A stretch of DNA of 64,000 nucleotides from NCBI GenBank assembly GCA_000002445.1, contig CH464491.1:2464001-2528000 (forward strand), in the 5' to 3' direction. Below, one piece after another: positions 17,801 through 27,009 of this stretch. Position numbers and translations under genes: made by a program. Position 1 is the stretch's first letter. Every line of letters begins with the position of its first letter. The notes beneath the pieces are model-generated. The model did no database searches, was not told where the DNA came from, and saw nothing but the letters and a program-made list of their open reading frames with translations. Source of the DNA: Trypanosoma brucei (taxonomy: Eukaryota).

Positions 17801-20590
17801 GTTGCGTTGACCATACTGCAGGGTGGCATGTGGTCAGAAGTGGACCCTTCGCATGGGATGGTTGGTGAAGAACCATTTGGTGGGTCGGGTGAAATTCCGA
17901 AGGAAGAAGCTGACAAACTCCTTGATACAAGTAATGCGGATGAAGAGGAACTGGTTAGCAAAATTCTTAACGCTCCCACCTCTGGTGACATGCACACACT
18001 GTCTGGTGGGCAACTGACTGAAATGGATAGCGCCGAGGGGATGGCAGCGGCCTTTCTCGGGCGCATCGCAGCCGAAGAGCATTTGGATGCGAGTAATTTT
18101 GAGCGCGGAGGAGTTTCGCCCCGTCGGTTGCCCTCTGACAGTTCGGGGGTGCCACAAACGACTTCGCACGCTGAGCAAGTCGGCGACGAGGCTGCTGTTT
18201 CTTTAGCTAGAAAAGGCAAACGTGTGAAGAATGCTACTTCCTCTGCTGATGGCGAACATACACCCAGATCGCCTACCAGGGCGCGAAGAGGAAGTGGAGA
18301 GAGAGAAGGTGTATCCCGTTCTAGCGCTGTAGGGTCACAAAGACTCAGTCCTGGTGCTAAAGGGGGAAAGGGTCGAAAGGAAGGGGTTGAAGGCAGCGCA
18401 GCTCAAGGTGGTGAAAGTTCTATTTCAACCAATGAGACCTCTGAAGCCAGGACGGGCGTTGGTTCCGGGAGAAGAGCTGATGGCAAGGTGGGAGCTGATG
18501 CCGGAAGAAGAGCTGATGGCAAGGCAAGGGCTGATGCCGGAAGAGGAGCTGATGGCAAGGCAAGGGCTGATGCCGGAAGAGGAGCTGATGGCAAGGCAAG
18601 AGCTGATGCCGGAGGAAGAGCTGATGCCAAGGCGGGTGCTGGTGCCGGAGGAAGAGCTGATGCCAAGGCGGGTGCTGGTGCCAGGGCGAGGACAAGTTCT
18701 GATGCTCGCGCAAGCGCTGATACCGGGGAAACCTCTGATACTGAGGCAAGCATTGGTGCCGGTACCTCTTCAAGAGAGGTTGAACACGGTGGAGTGAGGA
18801 AGAGCAAACTTCGGAGCTTGTCGAAGACGTCAGTCTACGGGAGTGCGAAAATGAAGAGGTACAGCCTAAGGACTCCACCCACCAGCGGCCGTTTCCAAGC
18901 AAGTTCAGGCACAGTGACAGATGGTGAACAACACGGTGATACCACTGCAACCGAAAGTTGTAGAGGAAGCGACAGCACTTCCCACACCCCACGCGGCCAA
19001 CCGTCCCATAGGGGGGTCCTCAGCGCCACGAGAAGCTCCTTTATTGCATCAGTCGATGATAAGTCATCGTGGAGGTCGTCAGTAACGCCTCGTGCCGATA
19101 GTAAGAGCGTTTCAGCATCAGCGCTGAAACATCTATTGGACCAGGTTAGGGTGAGTGAAAAGAAGGACGCAGAGGCACCAACGGGCTTCATTATGGAAAA
19201 GGGGGTTACAGAATATAGTTCACTGTTGCGCAAAGGTGTGCAGGGCGTACAACGCCACCTCTTTCCGGATCGTCAAAAAGTATGCACCAAGTCAAACACC
19301 CACGGCCGTGTGGCTGTGTACGTTCCCGACGACATGGTTGCAGGCACGCTAGTATCGACCGCTGCCAGGGACAATTACTATGGGAAGATGTCGAGACTGT
19401 CCGGCGCATTAACCTCCAATGGTCAAGCCGAAAACATTGTAGAATCACTTCGTGATGATCTTCACGACGTGGCGAAGACGTGCTTCGTCCGCAACAGGAG
19501 GGGGAACCAGAGAGCAGTATTCGGACAGCAAGGAGGTACTGGAGTCTCTGGAGGTAGCAAACGTGCCTCCAGTTATGCGGATAAGGCAGGTATCACATCC
19601 CTCCCCTTACTTTGTGCTCCTGATGTTGTGGAAGAGGTAAGAGACCTCAAAGTTGCGGGGGAAGAGGCACGGGACCTCTTCATTCGAGACCCCACTCGCT
19701 ACGACTGTGTCATCGACGACATCGTTCAACGTGCCATTCAGAGGGTGAACGGGGACGATACCAACTTCACGGCTCTAACAGGAGGCAGAAACGAATTCAG
19801 CATCAAAGGAACTGGGTTAGGGGGGGCACGTGAGACATTTGTATCCTCCAACTCCACCACTGGCGGTTCCCTCTCGGGTCACGGTGTCGGTGCAGTGCGA
19901 GGTTTCAGAGATAACAGAGGGAGGGATGTTGCGCACTCAAACGGCTTGGGTGCTTCTCCCCGTGGGGGCCCGAAACGTGGCGGCGGGTTGGAAGCTCAGT
20001 TGGCAGGAAGTTTCCAGCGGCTCCTCGACGAGCAAAACCGAGCGAAAAGGATTATCGCGTACGTGCTTATGGAAATGAGGCGCATGTGGAGGTTGAGGAG
20101 GCTGGAGGGTGACATCGCCCTCCGCGCGGCTGTGGATCGCTTTGTGTTCCGCTCACTTTCCTTCACCTGGCGCATCGAGCGCCGCCGAGTCCTCAACCTC
20201 AACAAACTAATCAATCTGCTGGACCGTCGCACAGGTCGCGTGAAGGGCTGGGTGCCGTTCTATACCAAAGACAATGTTTTAGTTGACCATTACCTTTGGG
20301 AACCCGTGCCACCGGAGCTCTCACACCAGATGAAGGTTGTCCATCATGCCATGTGTTTAGCACGGCGGCAGGAACTGCTTCCTCTGCGAACGGTGCGACA
20401 TCTTTCTACGTCGGATCAAAGCTCGCACCATCTGATGTTCGGTTACTCAAGGAGGTTGCTAGACCCCTTTAGAAACACAGCAGTGCAACTGAGGAATGAG
20501 AGGCGTGCACGTCATGCTGCATACTTCCAAAGGTCTTTGAGGCGCTTTTCTCCACAAACTGAATATCTGGTGGGGACGCCAAAGAACTAA
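14882..20590 (+). CDS. large hypothetical protein (about 1902 aa from the first ATG) with an internal 12-aa tandem repeat
   Basis: Uninterrupted 5.9-kb ORF. The track start at 14687 is TTG inside the pyrimidine tract. The first in-frame ATG is 14882, and 15026 (MISSDAREV) is an alternative. The sequence is low-complexity, Ser/Glu/Ala-rich, with a basic C-terminal region (RRMWRLRRLEGDIALRAAVDRF). I recognise no catalytic domain. Confidence 0.75.
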   Translation: MLEFRPQHTPDSAAHKINQVACATPDSVPTSVSWRKEEETSGEVTRATMISSDAREVSHIARMASERGRVDISQARNSSPRGTATAVNAVEVELQRRLDVVKAAVEKADKVVDVARGRCAEVISREERRRAMVKLEISKLILFVGRNYNILDELELTLGSVLEVSELPVYHSDKYSEVPFSAREIPPYLSLEDLERANREMMARLMKERTKRANDPPHASLLGKRVNSNLDEVMWLIDSLEEPPCSEEQFGETVGTGEEEECEKSPVAVSQRRSQAITSTSAARETRTSGVRGASSSGNATLCSSRVEMDSSIVNFSLSSESFPIATGETRDLKLLKFMYDAAKATVEEAAAAEAFGAFSGAQLGTTFRSTSNRLQPARDSFCTQQLSGALSGTIGLNSPSKIDSGCKELSFTSSRPPSGMFEDRESFSLEQHISDRALPTAAAPWRGSHNPSTVVIDHLDPEVFTVLGELYKAYDYRQFFRDIQNKHLMRGKTDDEYEAEIENLLTQHMDDKRKRAANSVKDELIIKKWGGVASEASRAPTPRQEVEFVLPARREEEEETEEAEKKSWLQSVVESMSPLSSAPTPVEEVPSPSFLSQIPVDALVFARDMNNGVVFFIRGRNEEASNDEKTLEGKRKGKKGKAKKDGDQEDRNAAGGPPVYDSYTLYVTNQSDTNLTVVVDIEKTKARKLRMSAHVNYAIPQECIVIAPPPGSLKSLLTFCPKKRQQIDFGEILSFREGTARGEVGGTVGEEEKLQLKASSGVSARTKVSGTTKDSTVKEAGEPVAATEVSSERETAGTRAEVSDAAPTTQPSVTATTKEEVSHKEADAGEVVKILDEEADSYVAVGGGRRTKKRAGCAAILSKYPSTRGAEWEANAPESTTAESAGFTEEGEASIPPGPPRGEREPKGEEASSRSRARAREASGAANRASFQQAVGRTRETVEKVWPTGTAPVDHWGVPLSNEEDEAFEKNCVALTILQGGMWSEVDPSHGMVGEEPFGGSGEIPKEEADKLLDTSNADEEELVSKILNAPTSGDMHTLSGGQLTEMDSAEGMAAAFLGRIAAEEHLDASNFERGGVSPRRLPSDSSGVPQTTSHAEQVGDEAAVSLARKGKRVKNATSSADGEHTPRSPTRARRGSGEREGVSRSSAVGSQRLSPGAKGGKGRKEGVEGSAAQGGESSISTNETSEARTGVGSGRRADGKVGADAGRRADGKARADAGRGADGKARADAGRGADGKARADAGGRADAKAGAGAGGRADAKAGAGARARTSSDARASADTGETSDTEASIGAGTSSREVEHGGVRKSKLRSLSKTSVYGSAKMKRYSLRTPPTSGRFQASSGTVTDGEQHGDTTATESCRGSDSTSHTPRGQPSHRGVLSATRSSFIASVDDKSSWRSSVTPRADSKSVSASALKHLLDQVRVSEKKDAEAPTGFIMEKGVTEYSSLLRKGVQGVQRHLFPDRQKVCTKSNTHGRVAVYVPDDMVAGTLVSTAARDNYYGKMSRLSGALTSNGQAENIVESLRDDLHDVAKTCFVRNRRGNQRAVFGQQGGTGVSGGSKRASSYADKAGITSLPLLCAPDVVEEVRDLKVAGEEARDLFIRDPTRYDCVIDDIVQRAIQRVNGDDTNFTALTGGRNEFSIKGTGLGGARETFVSSNSTTGGSLSGHGVGAVRGFRDNRGRDVAHSNGLGASPRGGPKRGGGLEAQLAGSFQRLLDEQNRAKRIIAYVLMEMRRMWRLRRLEGDIALRAAVDRFVFRSLSFTWRIERRRVLNLNKLINLLDRRTGRVKGWVPFYTKDNVLVDHYLWEPVPPELSHQMKVVHHAMCLARRQELLPLRTVRHLSTSDQSSHHLMFGYSRRLLDPFRNTAVQLRNERRARHAAYFQRSLRRFSPQTEYLVGTPKN
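18467..18682 (+). repeat. coding tandem repeat, 6 x 36 bp (GRRADGKARADA / GGRADAKAGAGA units)
   Basis: Units read at 18467, 18503, 18539, 18575, 18611 and 18647. Units 2-4 are near-identical. Units 5 and 6 are identical to each other and form a second subtype. Confidence 0.95.
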
Positions 20591-21165
20591 ATGTAAATAT
20601 GGGGGACGGATGAGGGGGCGCATGTCTGAAGCTTGTGATCTGCGAGTGATGCCCATGTGTATACAACTCAATGGAGGTGGGTTGTATTTATTTCTGTCAA
20701 GAGGAAAATTGTGTCTAGATTGTGCAGCTCACATGTAGTTATGTAAGTTTTTCAACGAAAAGAAAAAATCTTTTTCTTTTTTGCTTGTTTCCTTTTTTTA
20801 TCGTGCTTTTCACATCTGGTGACTCGCATTGTTTTGGTATGCGCCTGCGAAGTACTCACTGGAAAAGGAGTAACAAAAAGTAGTGTACTGGAATTTTTAA
20901 AAGCATGAACTTCTCTCTCCTCATCCTTTCCCTTAATATGAGTGATTGCAACTACGCAGGTAAACAGCCCCCTTGCCTATGTTTTGGTTTTCCTCCTTCT
21001 TTCTGTTGTCGTGAAAGTTTCACAACTGCTCCTATTACATTTAACGTGCGGCATACCACCTGACCGCAGCAACAGACGAAGTCAGTAACCGACCTTCTGT
21101 TCTCTGGTCGAATCACACGAAAGCAGAAGGTTAGAGAGGGGGAAAAAAAATACAAGTCTTCCCAT

Positions 21166-22590
21166 ATGCTGCCTCGCACAGCATGTTTCATGCTTCTGTT
21201 AGCCCTGGGCAGCGAAAAATTCCGTTTAGTGAGTGGTAGTGCTGACGATCATGAAGAACCGAATGGACTGCCTGAATATCACGATGAAGAACTGTTGGAT
21301 GATGTTGGTGAAGGACTGGACCCGGGGGACGACCCCTCACTGTCACCCGATGGCCTTCCACCGGATGGTTTGGACGATGATGACGATCTTCCACCGCCAT
21401 CGGACACAAACACGAGTACAGTTTTTCCCCCAACCTCATTGGGACGGGAGCTCGTTCCGGACGTATCGTACACGCAGGCGGAGAAGTGCGGATTTGAACA
21501 GGTGGGCACGTGCGCAGAAAACTTCTGTAAGTGTCTCTCAGGGAATTTAAGCAGTAAGGGAGTTGAACCCCTAAATGGTATGACGGGTGGCGCGTGTGGC
21601 AGTGGTCATGTATCAAACTGCTACCTGCTGCACCACTGCGCAAGGGAGAGGACGATGTGCATTTGGGCCGCATCGAGGAGTTATGAAGATGCTGCCAAAG
21701 ATGCGATGTGGGACATGTCACGGATGCCGGAGAAGTGGAGGACAAACAGTGGTACAAACAGCAGTTTTTGTCGCGGGCTGCTCAGTATTAGCAGAAATCT
21801 CACCAAGGCTTCCGCGGATGTTAACTTCTACGACACGCCCTTTTACACGGATTGTGCCGAGTATATGTCTTTCCTCTTCAAGAGAAGTGGTGGATACATG
21901 TGTCTCGCTGGCTCTGTGCCCATGTATGTCTGCGGCCCGCTTCTCTTTCCAACGCCCGCACCTCGGCAGATTGGTTATGCTCCCGTAACAAACGGATCGC
22001 GGCGGTTGCTGGTTACTGTAGCGGCCTATTTTGTTGGGAACTTCGCTGTGCTTTTCAATGACCGGACACGAGGTGAAAACTTGCAAATCGGTAGTGGTTT
22101 CAACAAAGAGTTTGGCAACGAGTTGCACAAGTGTTTCCGTGAGTATGTGGGAATTGATGGTGAGTTTACCATGGTTCATGGTGGCCCTAATCTTATTGTG
22201 AAGTATGTTATCGGCCTCGGTGAAGCAGATACATGGGTCGGTGATTTAATTAAGGCAAATGCACTTAATCTTATGGTTCGACCCCCAGGATGGATGGCAA
22301 CAGCTCAGGACATCCTTAGGACTATCGACAGTAACGCTGAGCTTGTGGCTCCTATTGTGAAGTACACAGTCAACTTTGACCCAGGCAAAGGCCCCGTCTT
22401 CACGGAGCTGTGTGATGTCGGTTGTGCAGCGGCCCTTTCTGTTTCTGGCGCGCTTAGCGCCGCCGTTTATTTATTAGCGGGAATTTTTTGCTGTCAGCGA
22501 AATAAACGGACGCTCGCCAGCGTTGATTCCAGCAGCGACGTGGATAATGAAACAATGGAAACTGCTAATGGAGCTCTATCAAAACCGTAG
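21166..22590 (+). CDS. predicted type I membrane (surface/endomembrane) glycoprotein, 474 aa
   Basis: ATG ORF. Signal-peptide-like N-terminus MLPRTACFMLLLALGSEKFRLVSGSA. An acidic Pro/Asp-rich stretch follows. The ectodomain is Cys-rich with several NxS/T sites. A single C-terminal TM segment (AAALSVSGALSAAVYLLAGIFCC) is followed by a short tail. Confidence 0.7.
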   Translation: MLPRTACFMLLLALGSEKFRLVSGSADDHEEPNGLPEYHDEELLDDVGEGLDPGDDPSLSPDGLPPDGLDDDDDLPPPSDTNTSTVFPPTSLGRELVPDVSYTQAEKCGFEQVGTCAENFCKCLSGNLSSKGVEPLNGMTGGACGSGHVSNCYLLHHCARERTMCIWAASRSYEDAAKDAMWDMSRMPEKWRTNSGTNSSFCRGLLSISRNLTKASADVNFYDTPFYTDCAEYMSFLFKRSGGYMCLAGSVPMYVCGPLLFPTPAPRQIGYAPVTNGSRRLLVTVAAYFVGNFAVLFNDRTRGENLQIGSGFNKEFGNELHKCFREYVGIDGEFTMVHGGPNLIVKYVIGLGEADTWVGDLIKANALNLMVRPPGWMATAQDILRTIDSNAELVAPIVKYTVNFDPGKGPVFTELCDVGCAAALSVSGALSAAVYLLAGIFCCQRNKRTLASVDSSSDVDNETMETANGALSKP

Positions 22591-22779
22591 TGGCGGCTTG
22601 CTAATTTTCCTTCAGCAAACTTCCACTTTTTCCCCTTCTACGCGGTGCTTACGGCCTGGGTAGAAAATTAACAAATCTGTGCAATCGTTAATTTATGCAT
22701 TAACGCATCATTTATGGAATAGTTACTACGTGGGGAAAACGGTGAATATGCTTTTTGGGTTGTTACTATTAGCTTTTTT

Positions 22780-22790
22780 GGGGGGGGGGG
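22780..22790. repeat. G11 homopolymer in spacer
   Basis: Direct count. Confidence 0.95.
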
Positions 22791-24039
22791 TGATCGCTTT
22801 AACGTAGGTAGAGTCGAGGCGAATGAATGGGTTGGTTTGGAAGAGGAGGAGAAGGAGAAGGAGAAAAGAAAAGAAAAAAAGAAATGCAAAGGGAAGTAGA
22901 AAAGGGAACCCCTTTGAGTTTGTTACTGAAGGGAAAATACATAAGAAAAAAAAAGAACAAGGAATGAAACGGTGCGATCGAGGAGGTAGAGAAGGAGTGA
23001 AGAGGAAAAGGAAAGAGGCTCTGAATGGATTTGTGCGGCTTTCGCGTAATTTCACGCGTGGTGCATAGAATAGAGTAGGATAGCGTTGCCGGTTGATCAC
23101 GTTATTTTTGTTTTTGGTCACAGGAAGTAACATACGCATGCGTGTATATGTGTAGGTGAGACGGTACAAGGTTAAAGTGGCGTTAGAAAGGTAACTCAAC
23201 GCCAAGTTTTATACATAATAATATAATCATGATGAGTGACGGAAAAAAAAAAGACGAGACGAAAACATGTTACACACCATTGCAATTGAGGAGGAGAGTT
23301 ACGTGTGGGAGGCGACATATAATGATGTGCAAAGCGCAGGCGAACATCCGTTTTTTCTTTTGTTCCAACGTCCCTTGACCCTTCCTTTCTTTTTTGAACT
23401 TCTCTCCCTACTACCATTACTATTATTTAAGTTTGTTCGCTAAGTCACGCTCTCACACGATTACCTGCCTCCCCCTGCCGCCGCAACAGCCTTTGGGTGG
23501 CAAGGCACATATATTTATTTTTAGAATTATTGTTGTAACGATTGTTATCACTATTTATTTTTTCTCCTAGCACTTTTTTAGCTTACTTTTTTTTCGTGTG
23601 TGTGTGTGTTTCTGAAGGTTTTCCTTGCTTTTTTCTTTTATTATCCTTCTTTTGTGCCCTTCTTTGGTTCATTTGTTTTTGTGTGTCTAAGTAACCCTTC
23701 ACAGGGGTTGGACAAAACGCTGCCAAACCCAGAGCAGAACTAAGAGAAATGAAATGTAAGTCAGAACGTTAATTATTAGGAAACCAATAAGCAACGCGTC
23801 GGTTACGGACGTACAATCATGTAGATATTTTTATGGCAAACTTCCTGTGAAACTTTGTGCGCTGATGTGTCATTTCCTTTATGCTTTCTTTTTTCCTATA
23901 GCATTGCCATGTTGCTCACTTCCATTCATCCAACCCCATTCGTCTTTTTTTTTAAAAAAAAGTGGTTTTTGTGAAAGCGCTGGTGTGCCTCCCCTTTGCT
24001 CGTATGTTTGTCTTTTACTTCTTTCGCCATCGAAAGGTT

Positions 24040-24071
24040 AAATAAATAAATAAATATATATATATATATAT
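24040..24071. repeat. compound microsatellite (AAAT)4(AT)n
   Basis: Direct reading. It has the same architecture as 733-784. Confidence 0.95.
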
Positions 24072-24451
24072 AACACATCAGATTGTTAATACTACTTGTG
24101 CACGTGCAATTACTTGGCAGAGCGCAAGCCGACGATGATAAATAAATCAACTACCTTTCATTTAGTCGGTTTCTAACGGCTGCGGTTACACTGCTAACTC
24201 TTGTGTATTGCAGTTTCCTTTGTTTTTGGTGCCGTGAACCTTTCTCTACTGCTTTCTTTTTCCCCCCTTCATTCCCCATGTTATCATGTCTTTATTGTGT
24301 ATTTGTTGCATACATTTGTGGTTTCTCTCAAACACCCACAAACCCTCACCTTGTTCCACCTTTTACTCCAGCTGCATACCCGTGCGCTCCCGCACTTCCA
24401 TCGGCACGTGCATCTCATCGATTATCCACAGGTGATGCGTTTGATGCACTA

Positions 24452-24867
24452 ACAGACCTTAGCGCAATCGAGGTATTGGTGTAAAGTCGGTCAATTGTAG
24501 GCGAGTATGCATCAGTGCAAGGGCTGACAAATATTTCCCTGCAGCTGCCATGTTCGGCTGCCCTTTTGATCATCCAAACGGGTCAGTTAAACCATAGAGC
24601 GTGAGACATGCGAATAAACGTAAAGCTTTGGAGGTATATCTCCGTTACACGCTGCCCATGTGATAGGATGGCGCCTGAATGGATAAGGAAAGCGAGCTGA
24701 TGGCAGGAAGAAATGTGAATCCCATTATTTGTTGTGTGGAAATTATATGTGGATGTGAGAGTGAGAGTGAGGTTGGTAAGTTGATAACTGTACGTGTGGC
24801 GGTGATACGACACCCCACTGAATAAGATGCTTCATCAGTATCTCCTTCCTCTTCATGCCAATTCAAA
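24452..24867. repeat. inverted-repeat arm A (416 bp), reverse complement of 52818-53233
   Basis: A line-by-line reverse-complement comparison gives 415/416 identity. The single mismatch is at 24556 (partner 53129). The identical 76-aa spurious ORFs at 24583-24813(-) and 52872-53102(+) in the ORF track confirm it. Homology breaks sharply at both ends. Confidence 0.97.
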
Positions 24868-24871
24868 CCAG
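24841..24871 (+). promoter_or_regulatory. polypyrimidine tract plus AG at the right end of IR arm A, a candidate trans-splice acceptor for the 24931 gene
   Basis: tctccttcctcttc (24841-24854) is followed by AG at 24870-24871, about 60 nt before the ATG at 24931. Confidence 0.4.
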
Positions 24872-24930
24872 CTGCATATATACGCCCGTCTGCGGAGTAG
24901 GAAACGCAAGAAAGAGAGACAAGAGACAAG

Positions 24931-26175
24931 ATGGGATGTCAACAAAGTGGAGTGCGAATGTCTCCTCAGGACCTTAGTGATCGCACTCCCAGTGGTCAAC
25001 ACGGGTTTACAGGGGATGCCAGCAACACGGCACTTCCCACTGTTCCAACAGACTCATGGTATGGTAAAAACTTTAGTGAAACATCACGTATGGCATTTAC
25101 CGAGTTTCACTTAAAGCAGCGGGGAAACATCGTTTTCGCCGGGACCCCCGTTCCTGTTGGCGCCTCGGAATTGGGTGAGTTCCCTGGCAACTCCCCACCG
25201 CTGCTCACAAGGGCAGTTATTGGCAAGGACAATGTGTACGGCATGGCGTACCTCTATAGCACTCCACTTTCCATTGAGCATCAGTGGAGACTGCGTGTAT
25301 GCCACTACCAAATAGCGTGTTCACCCTCTGGACAAACGCTAGGGGAAGTGCCGGGGGCGCTTTCTACACTTCCTGAGACCCCAACGACAGATGAGCAGAA
25401 AATCAGACTGTGGAACTTCGCTAAACAAGTCTACGACCGGCCGCTTTGCGACACTTTTGTTGGGATCAAAGTGTATGTTGACGGAGAGCTTGTGCCCGAC
25501 CGTTATCCGAGAGCCAAAAGTCTCCCAAACTGCACAGCTACACTCGAATCTAGTGAAGTGTTTAATAACTGGACCTGTGTTCCTTTTGTACTTGTTGGTT
25601 ACGTGAACAGTCCGATGATAAGTACTGTTACGATGTACAGGCACCTGTCCCTTAGCTTCGTTGAGTACTTGTTGGGCAAAACCATCACGGGTGGAGAAAC
25701 CGACAGAACAAAAGATGAAGAGGTGGCGGAATGTAAAGACGAGAATACCGTTGGGGATGGACGTAGTGTGGACGCGCCCGATAAGCCGAAGGAGGAGGTC
25801 ACCCAGTCTTTCAATGTTTCTGTAGAGGTTGTGTACGGTTGTGAGGCGGAGATGAATTTCTGCACAGCCCACATTGCGAAGGGGAACATAGAACTTGTTA
25901 TGGGAGAGCACTCAGACGCAGCTTTACGAAAATATAAGGCTTCACTTGAGGAGTTTCTTAGGAAAAGCGGCAACGAGCGTCATCAGGTAGTTGCGGTGGA
26001 TCCTTTGACACTCAAAGGGCGGAACTCGGCATTATGGACTTGTTTGTTTTGCGGGTCTCCCCTGCAGTTCACGTGTACGATTTGCGGCGCCGAGCTGTGT
26101 GGAATGTCTTCGTGTGTGTGGAAGCCCTTCACGGGGTATCCGCTTGGCTGCTCGTCTCATAAGGCGCAGGCGTGA
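24931..26175 (+). CDS. hypothetical protein with a dual-acylation-type N-terminus and a C-terminal Cys cluster, 414 aa
   Basis: ATG ORF. MGCQQSG has Gly2, Cys3 and Ser6. The C-terminus has a zinc-finger-like spacing, CLFCGSPLQFTCTICGAELCGMSSCVWKP...GCSSH. Confidence 0.7.
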   Translation: MGCQQSGVRMSPQDLSDRTPSGQHGFTGDASNTALPTVPTDSWYGKNFSETSRMAFTEFHLKQRGNIVFAGTPVPVGASELGEFPGNSPPLLTRAVIGKDNVYGMAYLYSTPLSIEHQWRLRVCHYQIACSPSGQTLGEVPGALSTLPETPTTDEQKIRLWNFAKQVYDRPLCDTFVGIKVYVDGELVPDRYPRAKSLPNCTATLESSEVFNNWTCVPFVLVGYVNSPMISTVTMYRHLSLSFVEYLLGKTITGGETDRTKDEEVAECKDENTVGDGRSVDAPDKPKEEVTQSFNVSVEVVYGCEAEMNFCTAHIAKGNIELVMGEHSDAALRKYKASLEEFLRKSGNERHQVVAVDPLTLKGRNSALWTCLFCGSPLQFTCTICGAELCGMSSCVWKPFTGYPLGCSSHKAQA

Positions 26176-27009
26176 GGGTGACTCCCCAAGTTTTTGAGAT
26201 TCAGTTTCTGTATACGTTTCGTTTCGGTGTTATCATTCACCATTACTACTGTTTTCTCAACATCAACCCACTGAGCACGGATGTGCATGTGGGGTATTGT
26301 ATGTCTCTGGGCACTGGCAACGACGCAGGGGGAACAAATGTCCGAACTGGCCGGCTGCATATTTGGCAGATTCGGCTCTACTAAAAATGACGCGAAATGC
26401 AAAAAGGGATATACGTTATCTCCGTACTAATCTTTGCGCCTCCTTACGTGGTGTCAGTTATGAAGCTAATCTGCCTACCGCCCCCCCCCTCTTCCATTGA
26501 AACCCCGGTGTATACTTTTCGTTTTCTTTGTACTTTTCCTTTACTTCTTTTGTTTGTATATTTTATAATAAGGAAGTGGCTAACCTGTTGCTTATGGAAG
26601 TCAGTCGCGTTTTGTGCATGCAACATTGTGCTTAAACTTCAAAAACATTAAAGATAAAATAACGCATTGCACATCCTTCTTTTGCTTTTAATATGGTGTT
26701 GCATCTTGCCGACTGTCCGCCAACCTCGTTTTGCGCCACCAGCCTGTTTTCATTCTTCTTTTCTTTTATGTGTGTGTTATACTTCTCATGCGTTGTTAAC
26801 ACCACTGTAGTTTTCCACCTGTAGGAAACGCCAGGTGCGCCACGGCATCCAAAGGGTTACTCAGCAGAAACCTTACAAGGAAGCCAATTGTCTAACACGC
26901 TGCTGTGGAGGTTTCTATCTGCACCATTTTCCATTCATACATATACGTATACCGATTTCTTTACCCGAATATTTATTTTAAAAAAAACCGTACTCGGGCG
27001 GTTCTTGAA

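Noticed and set aside
18354-18992. Three overlapping ORFs of 130-190 aa on both strands across the 36-bp repeat array.
   Set aside because: They are an artefact of the stop-free periodic repeat inside the 1900-aa gene.
22823-23068. An 81-aa Lys/Arg/Glu-rich ORF and neighbouring ORFs in the 22.6-24.4 kb spacer.
   Set aside because: They are translations of purine-rich low-complexity spacer (gaggaggagaaggagaagg...). They lack a credible upstream signal and show no homology. The region is more likely a long 3' UTR.
24452-24867. The idea that the inverted-repeat unit encodes C/D snoRNAs. UGAUGA-like and CUGA boxes are present, for example ctgatgaagc, ggatgatca...cactgatgc and ggtgatacgacaccccactga.
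   Set aside because: The box spacing and order do not give a complete C-D'-C'-D unit of 70-100 nt in either orientation. There are no terminal stems, and rRNA complementarity cannot be checked here. The boxes are short enough to occur by chance.
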